Shown here: positions 28,500-42,660 of the stretch, in pieces | How positions within the stretch are numbered: position 1 is the first letter of the stretch | Layout: each line of letters opens with the position of its first letter | Assembly (NCBI GenBank): GCA_964016885.1 | Contig: OZ024740.1 | Coordinates: forward strand, 180,482,001 to 180,546,000 | From: Eledone cirrhosa | Lineage: Eukaryota | Direction: 5' to 3' | DNA length: 64,000 nt | The notes under the pieces: generated by a model | The model's input: the letters and a program-made list of their open reading frames with translations, nothing else | Told to the model about the DNA's origin: nothing | The model's database searches: none | Translations under genes and position numbers: made by a program

Positions 28500-28719
28500 A
28501 AGGATCGATCGACTTTCGTCAAATCGGACCGAGGAAACAATGTTTCCGTTGGTCTTTCCAGTTGCTAGTACTATCTGTCGGTCGCAACTCCAGGTAGAAG
28601 GAGCAACGTGAAATAAAGTGTCTTTCTCAAGGACATAACGCATCGCCCGGTCCAGGAATCGAACTCACAACCTCATGATTGTGAATCCAATTCTCTAACC
28701 ATTCAGCCACACGCCTTCA
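28500..28719 (-). mobile_element. tRNA-derived SINE with an alternative 3' tail
   Basis: Closely similar to 24498-24717. Confidence 0.8.
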
Positions 28720-28722
28720 CTG

Positions 28723-28753
<31 letters not shown>

Positions 28754-28779
28754 CATGGAGATATATCTGTAGAGGTTGG

Positions 28780-29026
<247 letters not shown>

Positions 29027-29054
29027 CATACATACATACATACATACATATATT

Positions 29055-29471
29055 TTCTCGACCGTTATATCGCGTGACTATCTCCCCCTCCGCCTTTTGG
29101 GATTCTTTCTCACGTCGTGTAGACGCGTTCTTGAGACTAGTAAAATGAGGTATCCTCTTGATAAGTCGGCAGACCTCGCAAGGACTCTATATCTTTGATA
29201 TATTGTTTTTGTTTATGCCACGAAACTACGTAGTCGAGGAATTTAGGAACAGTTTAGGTATGATACATTTTATTACTAATTATATCTAAATGTTTCTTCT
29301 CTCTTCATAATGTATTTTTAACTCTGATACTGGTTCAGTCTAGTTCAAACTGAATTGGTCTGTCCCAGTCATTCATTGAGCAACATCGGTGAAGTTGGCA
29401 CCCTTAACTCACAGTTGGGTGCGGATGCATTCATGTATATATGTGTGCGTCCGCATGTATCTGTGTGTTTC

Positions 29472-29472
<1 letters not shown>
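29055..29472 (+). mobile_element. Diverged solo copy of the 10.4-10.8 kb pLTR-like repeat
   Basis: Colinear with 10411-10825; flanked by (TA)n. Confidence 0.8.
29153..29240 (+). ncRNA. Type I hammerhead, U3-A8 variant
   Basis: TCCTC TTGATAA GTCGGCA...TGCCAC GAAACTACGTAGTC GAGGA; stem I covaries relative to 10506. Confidence 0.8.
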
Positions 29473-29542
<70 letters not shown>

Positions 29543-29619
29543 CAGTGTGTGGGAAAAGACAGCTCGACCATAAGCACCAGAGTATTTGACACTTGCGTTA
29601 GTAGAGTGGGTAATATGAC

Positions 29620-32070
29620 AAGTTTTAGGACCCCGACGTCTGAGCTCCAGCTGTTTCGACAGCTAGTTCCGAACTAAAGCGCCCGTATTTGAGCGGTGGG
29701 AATCTAGCTGGACTCATCAAGGATTATAATCCATATATGTGCAGACAGACAGAACTAACAAAATATTCTGTTTGTTTTTTCTTTGTTATTCTCCGGAAGT
29801 GCTTAGCGTGTTATTCCCCGGAAATGTTCAGTGGTATCTTTGTTCCAATGGCTGGTTTAGTCCTGCTAAATGTCTTGATTTATCTATTTTTATGGCGGAA
29901 AGGAAATGCACTAGACAGGATAAAAAGCAAGAGGAAATGGGTCAGCAGACCCATTGACCTGAAGATGTTAAGCTAGTAGGTCGTGCACACATGCTATTAA
30001 GGGAGCATTTTTTCTAATCAAATATTTCTAATCTGCAAAACTGGCATTGTACTTAACTACATTAGGTTAAAACGGAATAGAATAATAATAATAATAATAA
30101 AAAACGATAGGAATTTTAATTTTGGCGTATTTAAGTCAAAGAGAATGGTGTAGTCTACTTATGTGTTTGTTAATTTGCTTTTTATTTACGATTTGCTAAA
30201 AAGCTAAGTATTTATAATTTATTAATCTTTCCGGTCACAGTAGAGAAATCTAGTTGTCAGTTGCTTTATGGCCCGGGAAAAGCACATTATTCACTAATTT
30301 ATTTAAATTCGAACACCAATACATCTACCATTCATCTTAAAACTAGTTCTAGTTGTTTTTCGTGCTATAGTAAGTTAGTTAAGTAACTAGAGGATTATAG
30401 ATTCCTGTTTTATAAAAGAACTGCCTCAAAGTGTAATGTTAACAGGTATATAAAAGTCATCGTAGTTCCTTAGCAAAAGGAACTAATAGAATTGAATGTT
30501 AGCTAATAGTTTCTTTAACAATTCTAACAGTATAGTTTTTGATGGTGCTGCTTACATACTCTTACATACTGGCCTAATATATGTGTATATGATAGTACAC
30601 ATTTACTCTATATACCAGGCGTGCCATTGCTGCAGTACAGGAATGGCGGCGATTACACTTGTGCCTCGTGGTTACGCTGCGAGCAATGGGTCTGTGCATG
30701 TTTGATAGCTATCTTATCTTATGTTCAGAATAATGAAAATATTCCATTTCTACATAAGGAAGCTTTAGGAAGTGTTTACAATAATGTAAATATTCTATTT
30801 CTATATAACGATGCATTAGGAAATGGACAAATACACTCTGGGCTTCCTCTATCTTAGCATGTAAGTGGGAAGGATATTAAAACCAAGATCTACCAACCTG
30901 GATCGTGAGGGTGTTTGAAAGTAAGATATGTTCTATATATTCTGTGTTTACACGAGGTAACTAGTTCGTCCTTTTTGTTTAATAATTGGTCCTTGACAAA
31001 CATTTATGCTCGGTTTCTCCGATTGCACGGACGGCGTCCTCCCGTGTAAGATTTTGCATTGGAAATTAGGCTCCATTTTAGATGATAAGTAATATTGTTG
31101 GCTTGGAGGTCCCAAATACGGCCAGAAAGTGGTGTAGCGTGTCGCCGGGCCGAGTTTCTAAATGAATGTTGGTAGTACCATGTCATGAACTTGCAAGTGG
31201 TTAATCTGATTCAAGCCTTGTTGGAATTTTCTGTCCTCACGTTGCACTGGTAGACCACTTTATGTTCTCGGGATCTATTGTTGAGGGTCAAGATGATCTA
31301 TCCGGACATTTATAACTCATAGTTTTCTCAATACCAATATCGTTGTTATTTCTGTTAAAGAGGAGTTTTGTCTTGATAGCGGAAGCGATATTTCGTGCAC
31401 AGTTGGGTGTAGCACTCCACTCTACGAAAGTTTAACAGTAGTGTTTCTGTTGATGCCATTGTGGTAGCGGTGTTTGTCAAGAAGTCTGAGGAAGATCTTT
31501 CAAATTGGTGCTACGCCCTCAGAATTATGGGGAGGATTGAAGCAGGTTACGTAGCATCAGCGGTGGCGTTACCCGCTAGATCCGCTAGTTGGGCCTGGAT
31601 AAAAGGAAAGGCCCTACATGAAGCCGCTTCTTTTTTTTCCGTTTTTTTTTTTCTTTTTCAACCTAATGTAATTAAGTGCAATGCCATTTTTATAGATTTG
31701 AAATATTTGATAAGGGAACATTCTCTCTTAATAGCGTGTCTGAGCGACTGACTAGCTTACCATCTTCATGTCAATGGGTCTACTCAGCTATTTCCTCTTG
31801 CATTTTATCCTGTCAGGCCACTTTTCTTGTCGCCATTAGTGTAATAAAATAGATAATTCAAGACATTTAGCGGGAGTAAACCAGCCATTTGAAGAAAAGT
31901 CCACCCTCCCCCACATCACTGATCACTTCCGGAGAAAAGGAAAACACAAGAGACCTTTTCAGATGATTTTTGCTTTGACTTCAGCTAGATTACTACCGCT
32001 CGAATACTGGCGCATTAGTTTGGATCTAGCTGCCAAAATGACCGGAGCTCGGCCATCGAGGCCCTGAACC
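29620..32070. mobile_element. Old PLE-like relic: diverged inverted repeats (29620-30010 / 31715-32070) around a decayed minus-strand coding remnant (~30900-31620)
   Basis: GCAAGAGGAAATGGGTCAGCAGACCCATTGACCTGAAGATG matches its reverse complement near 31760-31800; the minus-strand remnant (VKLS..ATPNCARNIASAIK) resembles the PLE piece at 56.1 kb. Confidence 0.55.
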
Positions 32071-32086
32071 TTTTCACACACACATC

Positions 32087-32118
<32 letters not shown>

Positions 32119-32273
32119 AATATTGTGTGGAATTACCTCCCTTTGTATTATATTTTCTGATCTTTTCTGGTGTTGTAAAGTATATGAATGTTTACTTATG
32201 CTTGTATTAAGACTGCGACATTTCCAGATTTTCCAAGACGGTGAAAACGTATGGATAACTTCCAAAACTCTCT

Positions 32274-32275
<2 letters not shown>

Positions 32276-32321
<46 letters not shown>

Positions 32322-32331
32322 GTAGTAGTAA

Positions 32332-32367
<36 letters not shown>

Positions 32368-32420
32368 CAGCAGCAGTAGTACTAGCAGCAGTAGCAGTAT
32401 CAGCAGCAACAGTAGCAATA
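32276..32420. repeat. Compound (TTA)n/(AGT)n/(AGC)n microsatellite
   Basis: Direct reading. Confidence 0.9.
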
Positions 32421-33387
32421 CTTTTACTGTTTCTTACATTTTGTATATTTCACCTATGTATTTAATAAGATTTGTGTTAAAACAATTGTAAAGAATTACA
32501 TGATATAAAAACATGTATCTGCCAGTTTAATTTGTTGTATATGTATTATCAATTTTGCGTATACAGTTTTATTTGAAGAGGAAACAACGTAGAAATGTTT
32601 CGACATTTTAGCATATTACATTCACAATATAACATTTAAAGGTATGTGTGTGTTATAATACAATAGTTAAACTCTTAAAGGGTAAAACTGCTAAAATAAA
32701 TGCCTGATATGAACGATTTTCTAACCTTTTCATTTTTTCGTAATCATTATAAAATTGCTTGAGACCTGGGTCTTCTAATCTAAATATGTATTCACGTATT
32801 TCCATATGCTCATTTCTCGTTCTCAATGATGCTTTTTAAATTCAATTTCAAAGTGGTTTATTGATATAATTTGTCATCTGTTTGTTCATATCGTTGACAT
32901 CTCTCGTTTATCAATATTCGTTTTCAAATAAATACTGCCTTTATGCAACGAGGAGTTATCGTATTTTAATAGAAGCCCGAGGGGAAGTAATAGACATTAT
33001 TGCAAAGAATATTGTCCAACCGATATCAAACAAATGATTGTTTGGTGATATCATATTGCTAATGATAATAATGAAAGAAAATGATAATAATTAAGTTGAG
33101 CCATAAAGATGATGATAACAACAACAACAACAACAACTTCAAAAACAATAATAATGATTTCTAATATAGGCACAAGCTCAGCAATTTGGGGACAGGGGGA
33201 AGTCGATTAAATCCACCCCAGTGCATTACTAGAGCGTTATTGTATCGACTTGTTAAGGATGAAACGCAACGCTTTGAACACATAATGTAAAGGAACGTCG
33301 CTCTATTCCTCTCCTACTTTACTGATACTGCCGATTCTCCGCTCTTAATAACAATAATATTAATAATAACAACAACACCACCACCAC

Positions 33388-34095
33388 CAGGGCACCTCTC
33401 CCAGTGTTCCACCTTCAATTTACAGTCCCATTCAGAGTAGGCCCATTCGCTCTAGCCATTCTAGACTCTTACCCATCTTTCAACAAAATGCTGGGAAGAG
33501 AGTACTTCCCTCTTTACCCTTGTTTTCCTTTTCAAATGATATTTGAAAAGGTTAATCAGGGCATCATCGAAGAGGTAAGTGCTCGTCTTCAGCCCTTTCA
33601 AACGTGTCCACCACACTATCTCTTTCGCCATGGCCACCAGGCAGATAAAAACTGCCTGCCCTTCCCGGCTAGAGGAAGAGGGCGGGGCAATCCTCACGAT
33701 GGACTCAACTGATAGCCGGATACGTTATACACGCGACAGCAGGTGTTCGACATAAACCCACAAGTCAGCAATGCTCGGACACTGGACTAGTGCGTGCAGG
33801 ACGGTTTCGTCGCTCTGTGCGCATCTCGAACATGCCCGGCTGACGGCACCTCCATGCCTGTAGAGTTTATCCCGAACTGGCAAAGCTCCTCGGTAGCTCT
33901 GCCAGGCCGGTGATTTTTGGAAGTTGTGTTTAGACCCCGGACCGAAAGTTCTTCGAAGCATTTGGCTAGGTGATTTTCGTCGACGCCTAGAGTTTCCCCA
34001 AGTATGTCGTCGCTCTTCTCCTCCACTAACCCTCTATAGAACGCCAAGGTGAAGTTTCCACCTATCACATTGCCCGACTTGATGTCGGGTGTACC
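33388..34095 (-). mobile_element. Tx1/L1-clade LINE 3' fragment
   Basis: Homologous to 55110-55825; CSRCAQSDETVLHALVQC zinc motif. Confidence 0.85.
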
Positions 34096-34099
34096 AGAG

Positions 34100-35990
34100 T
34101 GGTTGACTAAAGGTACCAAAGTTCTGGTAATGAAAGAAAGAATCAAGGGTAATGGTGTTACCAACTATGGGCCTATCACGTATCTGCGCGTTAACAAGGA
34201 AACTGTTAACAAGCATTGTGTCTGAGGAAATCTACTATCACCTTCACAGTCTTGTTGCCGGACGAACAGAAAGGATGCCGAAATAAGTCCCGTGGTACAA
34301 AGGACCAATTACTTATTGATAAGATGGAAATGAGGAATTGCATACTGGTCTTGCCATGGGATGGATAGATTACAAAAAGGCATTCGACATGGTACCACAT
34401 TCTTGGATAACCAAAGGCCTAGAGATCTTCAAGGTGCCAGACAACACCAGACGAGTATTAAGTAAAAGTATGAAGTCCTGGAAAACAGAGTTAACATCAG
34501 GAGGAGAATGCTTGTGAGGCGTGAAGATCAAGAGAGGTATCTTCCAGGAAGATAGTTTGTCCCCTTTGTTATTTGTCCTTGCCCTGATACCCCTGTCCGT
34601 CATATTGCGAAAAGTGAGAGCAGGATACAAGCTGGGAAGAGAGGAGCTTACCATCAACCAGCTCCTCTTCATGGACGATCATAAACTTGTTGGGAAGAGG
34701 GAGAAGGACTTGGATTTACATATTAACACTGTCCGTATTTTCAGCAATGTATGGAATAATTGTATTAATAAGTGTGGCGTCCTAGTGATGAAGAGGGGTA
34801 AATTGAGTAGAAGCAACGGAATCCAGATACCAACAGGTGAGGTAATAAAGGAAATTGACACTGAAGAGGGATACAAGTGTTTAATTGTTCTGGAGGCAGA
34901 TGACATCGAGAACCTCCCAAAATATGAAGGAATTGATAAGATCTGAATACATAAGGAGAGTAAGGAATATACTAAAATCACATCTAAATAATAGGAATGT
35001 CATAAATGCAGTAAATTGCCGAGCTGTCTCTATTATTAGGTACATGCGGGAATTCTGAAATGGAATGTTGCTGAACCAAAAGAAATGGATAGGAAGACTA
35101 GGAAGTTAATGACTATCTACAACATGTTCCACAAGAGAAGTGATATTGATAGAATCTACTTAAAGAGATCTGAAGTTGGAAGAGTTCTTTTCAGCATAGT
35201 GGACTGTGTTCACATGGAGAAAAACAGCCTACACAAATATGTGGCTGATAGTAGGGAGCCAATTCTCAAAATTGTACTGAAGGGGAAGACAATAGACCAG
35301 GGCATGTCCAACCATATTGTAAAGGAGGAGGCTAGCTCACTGTGTAGGAGAGAGAGAGAAGAGACTGTGGCTCACATTGTATCCGAGTGTAAACACCTAG
35401 CCCACACTCACTATGAAGGCTGGAGACATGATAGGATAGGCAGGGCGATCCACTGGCATCTTTGAAAACTAAATAATTTACCACATTCTGAGAAGTGGTA
35501 TGAGCATAAGCCAGAGACGGTGATAGAAAACGATTAGTTGAATGTGCTATGGGATTTTAGGATACAAACGGACAAGAAATTAGAACACAATAGGCCTGAT
35601 CTGGTGGTTCTGGACAAGGAAAAAAGATCGTGCCTGATTGTAGAAGTAGCCTGTCTATTTGACACGAGTGTGCAAGAAAATGATAGGGGGAAAATTAACC
35701 GATACCAGGATTTCAATTGGGAGTTTAAAAGGATTTGGAACTGGCATGACATGAAGGTCGTCCTGATTGTCATAGGCACACTAGGTACTATCTCAAAGAG
35801 TTTCCAAGGATGGTTAAAGAAGAGCATCCAGTCCCGTTTTTTGGAACACTTCAAAAGGCATGCTTGCTGGGAACAGCAAGAACCCTTCGAACAGCAAGAA
35901 CCCTGAATGTCTGAGGCTGCAGGTAGCGGACTGATATTCATTTCAACACACTTTCCAGTTAAATTACATCAATGTCTGAGACTCAAATAA
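34100..35990 (+). mobile_element. Decayed Dong/R4-type RLE non-LTR retrotransposon
   Basis: [44 protein letters not shown]; 3' end CTGAGACTCAAATAA next to an AT-rich TAA-like tract. Confidence 0.85.
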
Positions 35991-36014
35991 CTATAATATT
36001 TATAATGTTGATAA

Positions 36015-36720
36015 TTTACTTATTGGCCACAAGGGTCGACATGTAGGGGACAATACAAATACAAGGACAGTAGCAGTTTACAATAAGCTCGAGTAAATGT
36101 GCACAATGGCAAGTCTGATTTAAGAATGAAAATATAAAACAAATATAAAATAAATTATGCATAAATATAACAAAATAAATTCTCGAATAGGGGGTGGACG
36201 GCCCAGGGCTGACTCAGATACCTCACCAATCCTGAACCACGCGGAGCTTCTAGGGCACCCGGAGGGGCCACCCTCACCTCCTCAAGTTAGCCAGCCTACA
36301 GGCGCATGGTCAGAGTAGGCCCACTCACACTGGCCATTATCGCCACATTCATCCACCTCTTATCAAATGTACTGGGTAGGATTGGGGAGGCAGCCCTTCA
36401 ATCTCCACCCTCACGTTCCTTTCCACGTGAAACTGGAAGGTGATAAGTGATTGGCTGAAGAGAAACGTGTCTGATTTTAGACCTTTCAATCTGTTCCAGC
36501 ATACAATCCTTTTGCATCTGTCATCGGAGGAAAATTGCCTGCCCTTCCTGGCCAAAGGGAGACGGCGGGGCGATCTTCACTATGGACTCAGCCGATAGCC
36601 AATCCGTTCTACACCCGACACCAGCTGTTCGACATATCTCAACAATTCAGTAATGCATGGTCATTGGACGAGTGCGTGCAGAACATTTTCGTCACTCTGT
36701 GCGCATTTTACAACCATCGG
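36015..36720 (-). mobile_element. Diverged Tx1-like LINE 3' fragment
   Basis: Minus-strand similarity to the Tx1 ORF2 C-terminus (RLKGLKSDTFL); 3' end CCCTTGTGGCCAATAAGTAAA resembles 56025-56045. Confidence 0.7.
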
Positions 36721-36739
36721 AGCCCAAACTCCAGGATTT

Positions 36740-37420
36740 AGGTGTCCCATGAAAACAGCCTCAAGCAAGGGATATGAATGATGTGCCTGAGTTTGGTCAT
36801 ATGTCATATGCGTATATTTATACATGCTTCTAAAGGTGAAGGTGTTGTGATGGTGGATGGATTAGAGTAGATGTACTTTGGCCCATGGCAGAGATATATG
36901 CATGTATGATAACACACACTTTGTGTAGAAGCATGTCTATATGCAGGGAAAGCTAAATATTATGTGTAGTCTGACCGATTGGGCAAATAGAATGGATATA
37001 AATGTGTGTGAGTTGGAATGTTAGTTATGAGTGCGCAGATATATATATTTGTGCTGCGCCTTATATACAGGTGTTTAGTAAATGAGTCTGTATATTAGTG
37101 TAGTAGTGTGGGGGCTGCAGTTGTGTGTTAAAGTATAAACGAAACCGTGAGTGGGTGCAGCCATGCAAGAATTAATTCCAGTGCGGGAAAATCAAGTTCT
37201 GCTAGGTCTTGGAACGATAAAGTATGATGCCGGAAACAGAAAGGTTTGGAGTGAAATGATTGTTTGGATGGAAGTGACGGGACACCGGTGGATCTTAACC
37301 AAGGTGTTCTGCGAATCAGTCAACCAGATGCTGTGCTCTTTTCCCAATATAAATAGTCAAGTAAAGAGAACGATGTAAGGCATATATAAAGTTTGTGGAG
37401 GTTTATGCCAATGTGTGACT
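36740..37420 (-). mobile_element. PLE 3' relic (GIY-YIG)
   Basis: Minus strand IYIGKRAQHLVD*FAEHL...PVSRHF...LSVSGI, similar to the 3.0-3.2 kb frame. Confidence 0.55.
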
Positions 37421-37446
37421 GGTGTCAAGGACGGGATTTTATCTCC

Positions 37447-37554
<108 letters not shown>

Positions 37555-39289
37555 TTGCGAGGTTTTTTATATGAAATCGTATGTCGAAACAGATATTGTT
37601 ATATTTGGGGAGGGTCATATTTGCGTAATATTGCCAGAATTAATAACAGAACACACTCACTGTTTGGTTGGTTTTCGCTTCTTTTATATATATCTGCGAT
37701 CTAACTTACTCGGTCCTCAATGTTGCCATTGACTGACCGGCGGTCAAAAATAATACAGATACAATATAGACACAAACACATATATATAGTTTACATAATT
37801 TACATAAATCTTTCGTTGCACATCTGCAACATCGTCAGTGGTGTTATATTCATTGTTCCTCCTGTTGTGTTGTATGTCTACGCCATTTTTTTTGTTCAGT
37901 CTGTCTATATATTTATTTATTTATTTGCTTGTTTGTTTATCTTATTTTATTTTGTCTTCTTTGCGCATGCGTTTGCGTGTGTGTATAGTGTTATGTGTGA
38001 TGTGTGACTAGTGTGTATAGTGTTGTGTCTGCTGGGTGACTAGTGTGTGTTTATGTGCTTGTGTATGTATTTATTTATCTTATTTTATTTAATTTTATTT
38101 ACTTATTTATACTTCTCTTAGGTCAGTGTTGTTTGTTTGGGTGTTGTTGTTGTTCCACTCATTCTTTCTGTTTAGCTTTGGTCTTCAAATTTCTATTTCA
38201 CTGGCCTCTCTGATTTGCCTATCTGCTGGGTCATTCCTATGCTTAGATATTATTCTAATTTCTATGTTGTCTATGTTACCGTCATGTTGTTGTCTAGCAT
38301 GTTCGTATAGTACTGACCCGTTTTTTCGTCCTTTTAGTTCCCCCCAGTGTTGGTCTATCCTTTCACCTATGCTACGAGCTGTCTCACCTATGTATGTTGT
38401 TGTCATGTTTCTGCAAGTACTCTCTGTACATCTTATGCTATAGACTACGTTTCTAGTTTTACAGTTTATCCGGGGGTTCACCTTACATATGATACATTTC
38501 CTATTGGTACAGTGGGTTTTCTTAAAAGGGTAGGTTTTGCTGATCAGGGATTTTATGGTGGTTCCTGGCTTTTCTACCACCTTTATTTTTAAGTGGGTCT
38601 TTCTCATGGCCTTTCTACACTGGTTAGCTAATTTCCCTCCAGGGGTGGCGTCCACAAACATGACACTCTGATATCTCTGGTTGTCGTACCATAATGTGGC
38701 CTTCCCTATCTTATGTCTAGCCCTATCTAAGCTATTCCATGATTTGCTCCTGTATAGTGGGCACATTCCTTTCATGTCCAGTTCTATGAGGGTCTTATAC
38801 TTTTCCATGGCTCCTTCGTATACTCTGACTCTGTCTCTTTGGTTGTAGCCAGAGAACTGCATGCGGTTGATGAAGTGTTGGATGTGTCCTTCCATTTCTG
38901 TTGGGTCGCACATGCTGGACACATTCTTCATCACTCGTACCAAATCTGCGATCAGAATATTAAACTTAGCACTACTGGACATTGCTGAGTTTTTGAGTAT
39001 CAGGTATTTGGAGGCCATGGGTTTAGCATAGTGTGAGTGGAGAATTTGGGCTCTCTCGTCTATAGTGTTAATCCAGAGTTCTGTGTCTAATACAGGTAGT
39101 CCATTGTTAGGGTGTTTGGAAGGGAAGTCTATAGTTACAGTTATACTCTGGTGTATGGAATTAGCTATCTGCTGGATGCTTTCCATCGTGCTACGTTCTA
39201 AATCAAACTTGTTAGTGCTCTCTAGTGGGGGTGTTCTTATAACTATATTGATATCGTCTACATAACGAGGGATAAAACCTGTAGAAGGC

Positions 39290-41464
39290 TTGGTTAGCCT
39301 CAAGCAGCGCACAAGGGATGGTGAGGTAGTGTGTCTACCCACATATAAGTCTGGTAGGATGTCAATAGATAGCATGCCGAACTACATCGAGGCAATGCAA
39401 CCCCACATCACCAACACGAGCGAAGTTGCACAACTAACACACGATGGGAGAGAAAAAATCCTCAACGCTCACATGATGATGTGGACTGACATCCTAAAGC
39501 CAAGCAGACGCACTGCCAACAACTTCCAGGCGTCTAACAATGGCATACCACCCTTGTATGGGCTCCGCAAAGACCACAAGACAGTCGACGACCCGACAAC
39601 AGGACCACCAACAAGACCCGTATGCGGAGCTAATATAGCTAGCAACTACAGGATCTCCTACTTCCTCTCAATGGTTATACGCCCCATAATCAAGATGTCC
39701 CCAGATGTATGTGAAAGTACAGAGGACCTCCTCAGCAGAATCAGTGAGTGCAACAAAAACAGGAGCCTATCCAACTGCATAATAGGCAGCATGGATGTGG
39801 TGTCACTGTACCCATCCATTAACATTGATTTTGGTGTGAAAAGATGTGTGGAGATGATCATTGAGAGTGACGTGGAGTTCTGCGACGTCGACACAGACGA
39901 ACTGGGCCTCCTACTTAGACTTACCTACGACAATGACTACCTAGACAGCCATGACCTTAGATGTTTCTGCCCTAGTAGACCTATAAGAGGTAGACCCCCC
40001 ACCATAACCTCAATGGCTAAAAAGACTCCCATAGGAAGGTGGATTGGGTGGACCAAAGCTAAACGGACCCCCCAAAACACTGATCAGGTAAGAAAAATGG
40101 TCGCACATGCAATAGGGGCTAGTATCAAAACTACCCTAAAGGGCCACATATTTAAGTTCAATGAGAAAATCTACACCCAAAATGAGGGAGCAGCCATCGG
40201 CGTCAGCATAGCTGGTGATGTTGCCAACCTGTTCATGGTATGGTGGGAAAGGAGACTTAAAGATCTCCTTAATGAAAGCTCCATAGACCTCATCATGTAC
40301 TCTCGTTATGTAGACGATATCAATATAGTTATAAGAACATCCCCACTAGAGAGCACTAACAAGTTTGATTTAGAACGTAGCACGATGGAAAGCATCCAGC
40401 AGATAGCTAATTCCATACACCAGAGTATAACTGTAACTATAGACTTCCCTTCCAAACACCCTAACAATAGACTACCTGTATTAGACACAGAACTCTGGAT
40501 TAACACAATAGACGAGAGAGCCCAAATTCTCCACTCACACTATGCTAAACCCATGGCCTCCAAATACCTGATACTAAAAAACTCAGCAATGTCCAGTAGT
40601 GCTAAGTTTAATATTCTGATCGCAGATTTGGTACGAGTGATGAAGAATGTGTCCAGCATGTGCGACCCAACAGAAATGGAAGGACACATCCAACACTTCA
40701 TCAACCGCATGCAGTTCTCTGGCTACAACCAAAGAGACAGAGTCAGAGTATACGAAGGAGCCATGGAAAAGTATAAGACCCTCATAGAACTGGACATGAA
40801 AGGAATGTGCCCACTATACAGGAGCAAATCATGGAATAGCTTAGATAGGGCTAGACATAAGATAGGGAAGGCCACATTATGGTACGACAACCAGAGATAT
40901 CAGAGTGTCATGTTTGTGGACGCCACCCCTGGAGGGAAATTAGCTAACCAGTGTAGAAAGGCCCTGAGAAAGACCCACTTAAAAATAAAGGTGGTAGAAA
41001 AGCCAGGAACCACCATAAAATCCCTGATCAGCAAAACCTACCCTTTTAAGAAAACCCGCTGTACCAATAGGAAATGTATCATATGTAAGGTGAACCCCCG
41101 GATAATCTGTAAAACTAGAAACTTAGTCTATAGCATAAGATGTACAGAGGGTACTTGCAGAAACATGACAACAACATACATAGGTGAGACAGCTCGTAGC
41201 ATAGGTGAAAGGATAGACCAACACTGGGGGGAACTAAAAGGACGAAAAAACGGGTCAGTACTATACGAACATGCTAGACAACAACATGACGGTAACATAG
41301 ACAACATAGAAATTAGAATAATATCTAAACATAGGAATGACCCAGCAGATAGGCAAATCAGAGAGGCCAGTGAAATAGAAATTAGAAGACCAAAGCTAAA
41401 CAGAAAGAATGAGTGGAACAACAACAACACCCAAACAAACAACACTGACCTAAGAGAAGTATAA
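39290..41464 (+). CDS. PLE reverse transcriptase + GIY-YIG endonuclease, 5'-truncated but uninterrupted (Naiad-like, tentative)
   Basis: SMDVVSLYPS, GAAIGVSIAGDVANLFM, RYVDD, Cys linker CTNRKCIIC..C, VYSIRC..C...YIGETARSIGERIDQH. Confidence 0.9.
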   Translation: MVSLKQRTRDGEVVCLPTYKSGRMSIDSMPNYIEAMQPHITNTSEVAQLTHDGREKILNAHMMMWTDILKPSRRTANNFQASNNGIPPLYGLRKDHKTVDDPTTGPPTRPVCGANIASNYRISYFLSMVIRPIIKMSPDVCESTEDLLSRISECNKNRSLSNCIIGSMDVVSLYPSINIDFGVKRCVEMIIESDVEFCDVDTDELGLLLRLTYDNDYLDSHDLRCFCPSRPIRGRPPTITSMAKKTPIGRWIGWTKAKRTPQNTDQVRKMVAHAIGASIKTTLKGHIFKFNEKIYTQNEGAAIGVSIAGDVANLFMVWWERRLKDLLNESSIDLIMYSRYVDDINIVIRTSPLESTNKFDLERSTMESIQQIANSIHQSITVTIDFPSKHPNNRLPVLDTELWINTIDERAQILHSHYAKPMASKYLILKNSAMSSSAKFNILIADLVRVMKNVSSMCDPTEMEGHIQHFINRMQFSGYNQRDRVRVYEGAMEKYKTLIELDMKGMCPLYRSKSWNSLDRARHKIGKATLWYDNQRYQSVMFVDATPGGKLANQCRKALRKTHLKIKVVEKPGTTIKSLISKTYPFKKTRCTNRKCIICKVNPRIICKTRNLVYSIRCTEGTCRNMTTTYIGETARSIGERIDQHWGELKGRKNGSVLYEHARQQHDGNIDNIEIRIISKHRNDPADRQIREASEIEIRRPKLNRKNEWNNNNTQTNNTDLREV

Positions 41465-41732
41465 ATAAGTAAATAAAATTAAATAAAATAAGATAAATAA
41501 ATACATACACAAGCACATAAACACACACTAGTCACCCAGCAGACACAACACTATACACACTAGTCACACATCACACATAACACTATACACACACGCAAAC
41601 GCATGCGCAAAGAAGACAAAATAAAATAAGATAAACAAACAAGCAAATAAATAAATAAATATATAGACAGACTGAACAAAAAAAATGGCGTAGACATACA
41701 ACACAACAGGAGGAACAATGAATATAACACCA

Positions 41733-41770
41733 CTGACGATGTTGCAGATGTGCAACGAAAGATTTATGTA
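41733..41770 (+). ncRNA. Hammerhead-like motif in pLTR (mirror copy at ~37803-37838, minus strand)
   Basis: CTGACGA TGTTGCAGATGTGCAAC GAAA GATTTA; stem II is good, stem I is weak. Confidence 0.55.
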
Positions 41771-41970
41771 AATTATGTAAACTATATATATGTGTTTGTG
41801 TCTATATTGTATCTGTATTATTTTTGACCGCCGGTCAGTCAATGGCAACATTGAGGACCGAGTAAGTTAGATCGCAGATATATATAAAAGAAGCGAAAAC
41901 CAACCAAACAGTGAGTGTGTTCTGTTATTAATTCTGGCAATATTACGCAAATATGACCCTCCCCAAATAT

Positions 41971-42026
<56 letters not shown>

Positions 42027-42406
42027 GTATGTATATCGATATAATATATGACAATAATTATATTCCCAAGTGTTATATGGTTCTATTCAAATAAATAATT
42101 CAATTTAAAAATCTAGGAGGCCATGTTAGTTCTAGATTTCACTTTCCCCAAATTTGCAGAGAAACCTAGTATTTTAGCAAGATAGTAATCTAATTCATAC
42201 CTCTGTCACATAATAAATGTGTACTTGATACCTAATCTTACAATGTTTTAATCGTGTGCTCAACACGAATGTATAAGATGTGTGGTTGTATTTCATTTAG
42301 ACTCTATATTAAATATAACCACACTTATAAACACACCTGCGAATTCACAAACACTCACCCAGGCACGTGCAACACGCACAGGAATATACACCGTACGCAT
42401 GTTGAA

Positions 42407-42515
<109 letters not shown>

Positions 42516-42660
42516 CATATATATATATATACATATATATATATAAAGAATTAGTATATCTACCAATATATATATGCAGATGCATACCTATGCTAGCAAA
42601 TATATAGGTATTGTCTTAGTAACTTTGTGGTTCAATGCAAGGGGATGCAGAACAGTTATA

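Noticed and set aside
29635-29722. Minus-strand HHR-like TTGATGA...CAGCTAG/CTAGCTG...GAAACAGCTG
   Set aside because: No NUH site or stem I and the second copy is degenerate; at most a dead relic
38185-39375. Independent 396 aa minus-strand gene
   Set aside because: It is the inverted duplicate of the PLE ORF 3' half; its N-terminus is antisense read-through
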